Shown here: positions 23,782 to 30,243 of the stretch, piece after piece
Numbering within the stretch: position 1 is the stretch's first letter
Layout of the letters: each line of letters starts with the position of its first letter
Assembly: GCA_946187475.1 (NCBI GenBank)
Contig: CAMHRJ010000001.1
Location: 1-30,243 of the forward strand
Reading direction: 5' to 3'
From: an uncultured Clostridia bacterium
GTDB lineage: Bacteria > Bacillota > Clostridia > Oscillospirales > Oscillospiraceae
DNA length: 30,243 nt
The notes under the pieces: generated by a model
The model's input: the letters and a program-made list of their open reading frames with translations, nothing else
Told to the model about the DNA's origin: nothing
Database searches by the model: none
Made by a program: the position numbers and the translations under genes

Positions 23782-23822
23782 GCCCTAAAGCGAAACCCGT
23801 CGCGTGATCCCATCTGAATCGC

Positions 23823-23855
23823 AGCGGCGGCGTTGACAAAATGCCGCCGCTTTTT
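23823..23855 (+). terminator. Intrinsic terminator inside the co-directional cluster
   Basis: AGCGGCGGCGTT-gacaa-AATGCCGCCGCT followed by TTTT. Confidence 0.75.
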
Positions 23856-23901
23856 CAAAAACCGAATCCCCCTGTGCAGCAGGGGTGAAAGGAGCAATAT
23901 T

Positions 23902-24657
23902 ATGTTTGATCTTCACGGCAGAGTTGCTGTTGTTACCGGCGCATCTGGCGGCCTGGGCCGCCAGTTCGCGCTGGCTCTGGCCGGTCAGGGCGCCGACGTG
24001 GTGCTGCTGGCCCGCCGGATGGAAAAGCTGGAGGCCGTCGCGGAGGAGGTTCGCGCCAAGGGCGTGAAGGCTCTTCCCGTCAAGTGCGACGTGTGCTCCG
24101 TGGACGATATCAAAGCCGCGGTCAAGGCCACCATCGACAACTTCGGCAAGGTGGACATTCTGGTGAACAACGCCGGCGGCGGCCCGCTGTATCCCATCAT
24201 GGAGACGCCGGACGATTTCTGGCAGCACGGCGTGGATCTGGAGCTCAGCGGTGTGTTCTACTGCATCCGTGAGTTCGGCCGCGAGATGGTGAAGGCCGGC
24301 TACGGCCGCATCATCAACAACTCCTCCCTCTTTGGCCGTATCGGCACGGGCTTTATCCCCATCTCCAATTACTGCGCGGTCAAGGGCGGCGTGGTGAACC
24401 TGACCCGCGAGGTGGCGGCGGAGCTGTGCAAGCACGGCATCACCTGCAACTGCGTGTGCCCGGGCTTCTTCCCCTCCGAGTCCAACAACCCCGAGGCCAT
24501 GGAGGCCATGGGCCCCTGGATCAACTCCCGCGTGCCCATGGGCCGCGCCGGCGTGGACGGCGAGCTGGACTCCACCATCATCTATCTGGCGGCGGACGAG
24601 TCCTCCTACGTCAACGGCGCCATCATCTCCTGCGACGGCGGCTGGACCGCCGTGTAA
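23902..24657 (+). CDS. Classical SDR oxidoreductase (gluconate-5-dehydrogenase/FabG-like, probably NADP(H))
   Basis: TGASGGLG, LARR, NNAG, catalytic Ser (NSS) and YxxxK (YCAVK), NCVCPG. ATG 23902 after AAGGAG. Confidence 0.92.
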   Translation: MFDLHGRVAVVTGASGGLGRQFALALAGQGADVVLLARRMEKLEAVAEEVRAKGVKALPVKCDVCSVDDIKAAVKATIDNFGKVDILVNNAGGGPLYPIMETPDDFWQHGVDLELSGVFYCIREFGREMVKAGYGRIINNSSLFGRIGTGFIPISNYCAVKGGVVNLTREVAAELCKHGITCNCVCPGFFPSESNNPEAMEAMGPWINSRVPMGRAGVDGELDSTIIYLAADESSYVNGAIISCDGGWTAV

Positions 24658-24706
24658 GGACACCCGTTTCCGAATGTGAAATCGATTCTTGCGAAAGGAG
24701 TATATT

Positions 24707-25504
24707 ATGGATCTCAAACTGAAAGATAAAGTCGTTCTCATCAACGGCGCGACCGGCGGCCTGGGCAGAGCGGTCTGCTTCGCGCTGAAGGCCGAGGGCG
24801 CCAAGATCGCCCTCTCCGGCCGTGATCCCGAAAAGGTTGCCGCACTGGCGACCGAGCTGGATCTGGGTCCCGACAGACTCTGGACCAACATTGCTGACGT
24901 GACCGTGGAAGAGCAGGTCAAGGCCTATGTGGACGGCGCCATCGAGCACTTTGGCCACATCGACATCGTTCTGCCCAATGCCGGCTATGAGGGCAAGTGG
25001 GAGTTCAACGACCAGCTGACCAAGGAGAACTTCGACAAGGTCTTCAGCATCAACGTCCTGGGCGTGATGTTCATGCTGAAATACGGCGGCGCCGCTCTGG
25101 CGGCCCAGGGCTCCGGCTCCATCGTCATCACCTCCTCCATCGGCGGCGTGGTCGGCAGCCCCGGCATGGCCATCTACTGCGCCTCCAAGCACGCGGTGCA
25201 GGGACTTATGAAGTCCGCCGCCCGCGAGCTGGGTCCCAAGGGCGTCAGCGTCAAGAGCATCAACCCCGACGGCATCTACACCCCCATGCTCTCCCGCATC
25301 GGCAAAAACGCCCTGGGCGACAGCATGACCGAGGAAGAGCGTCTCGCCGCGCTGACCGCCGGCACCTATGACAAGCGCGCTGCCACCCCCGAGGAAGTGG
25401 CTTACCTGATCCTCTATTACGCCTCCCCCTGGGCACAGCACATCTACGGCTCCAAGGTCGTCATCGACGGCGCCAACGGCGACGGCGACACGGTTCGCCC
25501 GTAA
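24707..25504 (+). CDS. Classical SDR oxidoreductase (levodione reductase / hydroxysteroid dehydrogenase-like)
   Basis: NGATGGLG, PNAGYEG, TSSIGG, YCASK and SINPDG. ATG 24707 after AAGGAG. Confidence 0.9.
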   Translation: MDLKLKDKVVLINGATGGLGRAVCFALKAEGAKIALSGRDPEKVAALATELDLGPDRLWTNIADVTVEEQVKAYVDGAIEHFGHIDIVLPNAGYEGKWEFNDQLTKENFDKVFSINVLGVMFMLKYGGAALAAQGSGSIVITSSIGGVVGSPGMAIYCASKHAVQGLMKSAARELGPKGVSVKSINPDGIYTPMLSRIGKNALGDSMTEEERLAALTAGTYDKRAATPEEVAYLILYYASPWAQHIYGSKVVIDGANGDGDTVRP

Positions 25505-25537
25505 CCGCTTCCCTTCCGGCAGAATCCAAAACGCAGC

Positions 25538-25570
25538 AAACGGCACACCCAAATGGGTGTGCCGTTCTTT
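25538..25570. repeat. Palindromic REP-like element / bidirectional terminator, copy 2
   Basis: AAACGGCACACCC-aaat-GGGTGTGCCGTTCTTT. The arms equal the reverse complement of the 11091-11123 element. Confidence 0.8.
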
Positions 25571-25623
25571 CCGTGGTTCGAGTGCAGATAACGGATTTGG
25601 TCTGCAGGCGGTGAACAGGCCTT

Positions 25624-25908
25624 TTACCAGGTGAATTTCTCAATTTCCACGCCGTCGCAGAACTGCGCCTTGCATTCCTGCAGCTGCGCGAATTTCTCCG
25701 TTTGGCAGTGCGCCTGCTGGAGCTCCGGCGTGGTCCACGTCTCTACCAGCAGCAAATCGTCCGGCGCTTCGGCCGCAAAGTAATAGTCGTAGCGGCAGTT
25801 GCCGTCCTCCGCTCTGGAGTTTGCCCGGACGCCAAGCGCGCAAAGCGCCTGATAGAAAGCGTCTCTCTGCCCCGGCTTGCAGTGATAGGTCACATTCCAT
25901 GTCAGCAT
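25624..25908 (-). CDS. ABM-family (putative quinol monooxygenase) small protein
   Basis: 94 aa with KPGQRDAF, SRAEDGNCRYD and LLLVETW...QAH, the dimeric alpha-beta barrel pattern. Confidence 0.85.
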   Translation of the reverse strand: MLTWNVTYHCKPGQRDAFYQALCALGVRANSRAEDGNCRYDYYFAAEAPDDLLLVETWTTPELQQAHCQTEKFAQLQECKAQFCDGVEIEKFTW

Positions 25909-25932
25909 CGTTTTCCACCCTTTCGGTCAGCG

Positions 25933-26952
25933 TTATTTTCCGAAGCCGCAGTTGGGCCACATACACTTCTCACAGCTGAGACACAGCCCGCCGTGTCCGA
26001 GCTTCTTCAGATCCCGCTTCGTCACGCGGACGCCCGCCGCGATGCGCGGGAGCATCAGGTCAAAGATCGTGGTTTTGGCATACATGACGCAGCCCGGCAG
26101 CCCCATGACGGGCGTGCCGTCATCAAAATAGCCCAGCAGGAACATTGCCCCCGGCAGCACCGGGGCGCCGTAGGTGACAATCTCGCAGCCGGTGGCCTTG
26201 ATCGCGCCGGGCGTGCGGTCGTCCGGGTCGACGCTCATGCCGCCCGTGCAGAGCACCATGTCCACGCCCGCGGCATGGTAGTCCAGAACCGCCTGTGTGA
26301 TGGCGTCCATATCGTCGCCGGGCGTGCAGTGATGCGTCACCTCAATGCCGAACCGCCGGAGCTTGCGGATGATCACAGGCGTGAAGGCGTCCTCGATGAG
26401 GCCCTTGGCGACCTCGTTTCCGGTCGTGACAAGGCCAGCGGTTTTGAGTCTGTACGGCAGCAGCTCCAGCAGAGGCTTGTCGCCGCAGACAGTCTCCGCC
26501 TCGCGCAGCTGATCTTCCGCAATGACCAGCGGGATCACGCGCATGCCCGCGAGCTTGTCTCCCGCTTTTACGGGCGTGTTTCCGTGGCGCGTCGCGATCA
26601 TGAGCTCATCGAGACTGTTCACAGCCTCCAGCCGCTCGACGTCCACGCGAAAGAGCCCGTCGAATTCCGCGGTCAGCTCGATCTTGCCCTCCTTGGGGGC
26701 GCTGGCGCGCATACCGTCGCTCTGGCACAGCGCGCGCAGGCGCTCCGCCGCCTCGTCCTCGTGGAGCATGTCCTCGGACTTCTCCCAGACATACAGCGAC
26801 TCCTTGCCCATGCTCAGGAGCACCGGGATGTCCTCTGTAGTTACAACGTGGCCCTTGCGGAAGCGGGCGTCCTTCGTCACGCCGGGGATGATCTGCGTCA
26901 TGTCATAACACAGCACATGGCCGACGGCATCGACGGTTTTGACCAGTTTCAT
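25933..26952 (-). CDS. Molybdopterin-binding protein (MoeA/MogA-like domain)
   Basis: DAVGHVLCYDMT, FRKGHV, LVTTGNEV, LCTGGMSVDPDDRTP, YGAPVLPGAM and MGLPGC. The start overlaps the radical SAM stop (ATGA). Confidence 0.85.
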   Translation of the reverse strand: MKLVKTVDAVGHVLCYDMTQIIPGVTKDARFRKGHVVTTEDIPVLLSMGKESLYVWEKSEDMLHEDEAAERLRALCQSDGMRASAPKEGKIELTAEFDGLFRVDVERLEAVNSLDELMIATRHGNTPVKAGDKLAGMRVIPLVIAEDQLREAETVCGDKPLLELLPYRLKTAGLVTTGNEVAKGLIEDAFTPVIIRKLRRFGIEVTHHCTPGDDMDAITQAVLDYHAAGVDMVLCTGGMSVDPDDRTPGAIKATGCEIVTYGAPVLPGAMFLLGYFDDGTPVMGLPGCVMYAKTTIFDLMLPRIAAGVRVTKRDLKKLGHGGLCLSCEKCMWPNCGFGK

Positions 26953-28238
26953 TCCAAATCACCTCTTGCCGTTATTGGCGTCAGATAGTTTGCGCAAAAC
27001 GGCACGATCGCGCCGTCGCGGTAGACATGCAGCGTGCACTGGCGCAGTCGCTCGACGTTCAGATTCATCGCGTCCTGAAACGCCATGGCCGAGAGCGTGA
27101 GGCTCTGCTGGCGCAGGCGGTAGAGAAAAGCGTCGAAGTCCATCTCGCCGGAAAGATCCGGCTGCGGCTCGTCCGGCGCGCGCCGCCAGTGATTGGCCAC
27201 ATAGGCTCGATTGTCCATGGCTGTCCCTCTGGATCTGGAGGCGTGCTGAAATCTGGCAAGCGGCCGCAGGCTGCCGTTTTCCTCCAGCAGGAACGCCGAA
27301 TGAAACCCGCACAGCGGATGGTCGCACCGCGATGGGAGGAATGCGTCCGCGGGGATTCCTGCCTGCTCGCTGAGATCCGCCATGAGCCGGTCCAGCGTAT
27401 AGCGCGTCTCCGGCGCTTCATCATGCCGCCCGAAGTAGCTCACAGGCTGGAAATGCACGCCGCGCACGGCGGGAACGTGATCACGCGCAAAACGGACTAT
27501 CTCTCCGAGGGCGTGGTCGTTCACGCCTGGTACCACCGTCGGCACAAGGGTGACGCCGATACGGAGCTGATCGCAGACGCGGATCGCCTCCGTCTTCTCC
27601 TTCAGCAGCGGCTTACCGCGCAGGGTCTCATAAATCCCGTCATCCACCCCGTCGAACTGCAGAAACACGATGTCGAGCCCCGCCTCTGCAAGTCGGGCCG
27701 CGTAGTCCGGCTCCGCAGCCAGACGCAGCCCGTTGGTGTTCAGCTGCACACAGCTGCAGCCCGCTTTTTTCGCATAGCGGACAAGGCGGGGCAGATCGTC
27801 GCGCAGGGTCGGCTCCCCGCCGGAGAGCTGCAGCAGCACCGGGCCGGATTTTTCCACAATGTCCGCGATCGCGGCCTCGAGTTCCTCCGCCGTCGGGTCA
27901 TTTTCCGCACTCCCGCCGTTGGCAAAGCAGAAGCGGCAGCGCAGATCGCACCGGCGCGTCACCTCCAGCAGCACGCAGCAGCTCCCGGCCTGATGATCGC
28001 CGCAGAGGCCGCAGTTTTCCGGGCAGCGCTGCCCCTCCCCCGCCTCCATCGGCGGTTCAGAGAGCAGCCACGAATCGAAGTCCGTTTTTCCTTGCCAGAC
28101 AAGGGTGCGGAATTCTCCATGCTCCGGACAGGCTTTTTCTAAATACACACGCCCGTCGTCTTCTTGAAACAGCGCGGCGGAGAGGTTTTTCAGGCAGACC
28201 GGGCAGACGGAGCGTGTGGAACGAATGAGGGCTCCCAT
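26949..28238 (-). CDS. Radical SAM protein of the MJ0619/TrsS-like group (extra N-terminal Cys clusters)
   Basis: CxxxCxxC (CDLRCRFC), QLSGGEPT, QLNTNG, LQFDG and FQPVSYFGR. Additional SVCPVC, CPEHG, CPENCGLC and C-terminal C...PFC motifs. Confidence 0.8.
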   Translation of the reverse strand: MGALIRSTRSVCPVCLKNLSAALFQEDDGRVYLEKACPEHGEFRTLVWQGKTDFDSWLLSEPPMEAGEGQRCPENCGLCGDHQAGSCCVLLEVTRRCDLRCRFCFANGGSAENDPTAEELEAAIADIVEKSGPVLLQLSGGEPTLRDDLPRLVRYAKKAGCSCVQLNTNGLRLAAEPDYAARLAEAGLDIVFLQFDGVDDGIYETLRGKPLLKEKTEAIRVCDQLRIGVTLVPTVVPGVNDHALGEIVRFARDHVPAVRGVHFQPVSYFGRHDEAPETRYTLDRLMADLSEQAGIPADAFLPSRCDHPLCGFHSAFLLEENGSLRPLARFQHASRSRGTAMDNRAYVANHWRRAPDEPQPDLSGEMDFDAFLYRLRQQSLTLSAMAFQDAMNLNVERLRQCTLHVYRDGAIVPFCANYLTPITARGDLE

Positions 28239-28239
28239 G

Positions 28240-29256
28240 TCATTCCCCCATGCCGAAGCTTTCCCGCTTGTGTACCGTGACCTCCAGCTGAAAGCGGTCA
28301 GAGACGGTCTGCTCCGCGCGGGCGATTATGGCGTCCAAAAGCTTTGCCTCGCACGCTGCCGTCGCGTTGATAATGACGGCAAGCTCCGTACACCGGCGCG
28401 CAAAGGGCCTCGTGATCTCCAGCTGCTGTCCGCTCAGCCAGTCCACCTTGCCGTAGTCCCCATCCGGCGTCCAGGCCAGGAGTTTCAAATGCGGGATGCG
28501 CACGGGATTGACCGTGATCTCCTGGGCCAGTTCGCGCAGATACGCCGTGCCGTCAAAATCGAAGCAGCAGACGCGAGCATAATACTGATAATATGCCTCG
28601 CTGAGGCTCCCCATTTCACTTTGGAGCGGGTCACCGTCATAGTCGATCTCCGGGTGCCGCATGGAGGCGCTGCCCTCGTGAAGTGCACGGCAGAGATCGT
28701 CGATCCCGTCGCCCCTGCGGGCGCTGACCGGGATCACCTCCGCCTTGGGATAGCATTCCGAGAGAGAAGCACAGGTCTCGGCAATCTCCTCCGGCGCAAG
28801 CAGATCGCATTTGTTCAGCACGATGAGATCCGCCTCTCGCAGTTGGGAGTCCTGAATGTGCGCCATGTCGCCCCCTGCGCGCAGCTCTTTAATCGTTGCG
28901 GGCTCGATCAGCACCGTGAAGGGCGCGAAATCCAGCTTTCCTGCGAGGCCGTGGTAGACGTGCTCCAGCGCGCCGACGCCGAAACCCGGAATGTCCGACA
29001 CCACGAGTGTGCGCCCCTCTTGAAACCGCGCCTCCACCGTTTCGATCAGCCGGTCGTGGCAGAAGCAGATGCACGCGTCCGTGATCTGATCGGCGCTGCA
29101 GCCGGAGAGCTTGGCAAAGCGATGATCTGCCAGCTCCACGCCTTCACCCAGATCGTTGGAGATCATGGCGACCGTGGGGTCGTGCTTCGCGAGCGCCATC
29201 ATAACGGTGGTCTTTCCCGCGCCGAGAAAGCCGCTGATGACCGCAAATTTGGGCAT
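28240..29256 (-). CDS. CobW/HypB/UreG-like (G3E) P-loop GTPase, putative metallochaperone
   Basis: Walker A GFLGAGKT, ISND, Cys motif CICFC and G4 NKCD. Start moved from 29391 to ATG 29256 (GAGAGGGAAG RBS). Confidence 0.8.
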   Translation of the reverse strand: MPKFAVISGFLGAGKTTVMMALAKHDPTVAMISNDLGEGVELADHRFAKLSGCSADQITDACICFCHDRLIETVEARFQEGRTLVVSDIPGFGVGALEHVYHGLAGKLDFAPFTVLIEPATIKELRAGGDMAHIQDSQLREADLIVLNKCDLLAPEEIAETCASLSECYPKAEVIPVSARRGDGIDDLCRALHEGSASMRHPEIDYDGDPLQSEMGSLSEAYYQYYARVCCFDFDGTAYLRELAQEITVNPVRIPHLKLLAWTPDGDYGKVDWLSGQQLEITRPFARRCTELAVIINATAACEAKLLDAIIARAEQTVSDRFQLEVTVHKRESFGMGE

Positions 29257-29275
29257 ATTCTTCCCTCTTTCTCTC

Positions 29276-30243
29276 TTATCTTCCGCTGCGCTCGGCGCGG
29301 AGCGCAATGAGCTGTGCCGCAATGGAAATTGCGATCTCCTCCGGGGTCTCCGCCCGGATGCTGAGGCCGATGGGCGACGTGACGCGCTCAAAATCCGCGT
29401 CAGTGAAGCCGTATTCCTCCTTCAGCCGCGCCGTGACCCCGGCAATCTTTCGCCGACTGCCGATGACGCCGATGTAGCAGGCGGGGCTCATCATCGCCTG
29501 GGCCTGCACCACGCTGTCGAAGGCGTGGCCGCGGGTCATGACGCAGATATAATCCTCCGGCGTGATCGTAACGGAGGCGGCAAGGTTCGTAAAGTCAATG
29601 AGGCGCACGTCCTCCGCATCCGGGAACAGCTCCCTCTTTGCAAACTCCGGCCGATCGTCCATGGCGACGCAGCGAAAGCCCACGCCCGCCAGCACCGGCA
29701 CCAGCGCCTGCGCCACATGGCCGCAGCCGAAAACCAGAACCCGGCCGGAGCTTTGAATTTGCTCCACATAGAAATCGCGCCCAGCCAGTTCTTCCCGCAT
29801 GGGCTTGCGGCGCATGGCGTCCCGAAGCTCATCTGGCGCATGGATGCCCACAAATCCCCGCGCTCTGGTGTACAACCCCAGACATCCCCCAGCGGAGAGC
29901 TCGGAGATCAGCCAGAGGTCGTGACCCTCAGCGAAAAGCGTCTCCGCTTCCTCCGCGAGAGCGAGCACACTTTCATCGCCCGCTTCGAGGAAGTGGAAAA
30001 ACACCTGCACGTCGCCGCCGCAGATCATGCCGAGATCCTGCACATCGTTTTTGGAGAGCAGGAAGCTCTGCTCGCAGCTTTTTCTGCTCTGCAGCACCTC
30101 CTGTGCCAGCTGCTCGGAGCGGTATTCCACCGCGCCGCCGCCGATGGTGCCGCAGATGCGGCCGGATTTGGAAATGAGCATTCTGGAGCCCGCGCCACGA
30201 GGCGTAGAGCCGGAGGAAGCCACCACCGTGACGAGCACGAGAT
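29276..30243 (-). CDS. xdhC: XdhC/CoxI-family molybdenum-cofactor maturation protein, 5' end outside the window
   Basis: SGSTPRGAGSRM, GTIGGG, GMICGG, FGCGHVA, VMTRGH, GVIGSRRK and SPIGL..AETPEEIAISI. Confidence 0.9.
   Translation of the reverse strand, partial: LVLVTVVASSGSTPRGAGSRMLISKSGRICGTIGGGAVEYRSEQLAQEVLQSRKSCEQSFLLSKNDVQDLGMICGGDVQVFFHFLEAGDESVLALAEEAETLFAEGHDLWLISELSAGGCLGLYTRARGFVGIHAPDELRDAMRRKPMREELAGRDFYVEQIQSSGRVLVFGCGHVAQALVPVLAGVGFRCVAMDDRPEFAKRELFPDAEDVRLIDFTNLAASVTITPEDYICVMTRGHAFDSVVQAQAMMSPACYIGVIGSRRKIAGVTARLKEEYGFTDADFERVTSPIGLSIRAETPEEIAISIAAQLIALRAERSGR

Noticed and set aside
23833-23861. TTGACA in the terminator loop as a promoter for the SDR genes
   Set aside because: No acceptable -10 hexamer at 16-18 nt spacing (CAAAAA/TCAAAA).
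21284-25504. Calling the cluster a bai (bile acid 7-dehydroxylation) or equol operon
   Set aside because: There is no CoA ligase, CoA transferase or dehydratase (bai), and no tetrahydrodaidzein-reductase-type or racemase gene (equol). Only superfamily-level similarity is visible.
26949-28242. Selenocysteine readthrough at the TGA stops of the GTPase and radical SAM genes
   Set aside because: Both proteins look complete at the TGA, the next gene starts at or overlapping the stop, and no SECIS-like hairpin was evident.

Overview
A GC-rich anaerobic Firmicute (Bacillota, Oscillospiraceae/Clostridia-like; inferred from the promoters, RBSs and gene content) chromosomal window with about 22 genes and no rRNA, tRNA, CRISPR array or transposase. 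Left to right: the 3' end of a GPH/MFS sugar permease coupled to a PIG-L deacetylase; an NhaC-family transporter with a structured leader; an M32 carboxypeptidase; a dlt-like four-gene acyl-transfer operon (adenylation enzyme, carrier protein, MBOAT, and an SGNH/DltD-like protein fused to a CE4 polysaccharide deacetylase) divergent from cardiolipin synthase; an NrdR-controlled class III ribonucleotide reductase operon; a heterodimeric ABC exporter; a PucR-type regulator divergent from an MFS / Fe-S flavo-enoate reductase / DUF3237 / two-SDR cluster; and part of a molybdenum-cofactor accessory operon (XdhC, CobW-like GTPase, radical SAM, MoeA-like, ABM). The most striking observation is that NrdD is split: the 759-aa catalytic subunit stops after its Zn ribbon, and the glycyl-radical loop (RRITGYLVG) is encoded by a separate 51-aa gene with its own AGGAGG RBS, which the ORF track misses. 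The other main leads are the acyltransferase-deacetylase fusion operon and the orphan reductive catabolism cluster. All family calls come from motif recognition only; no database searches were run.
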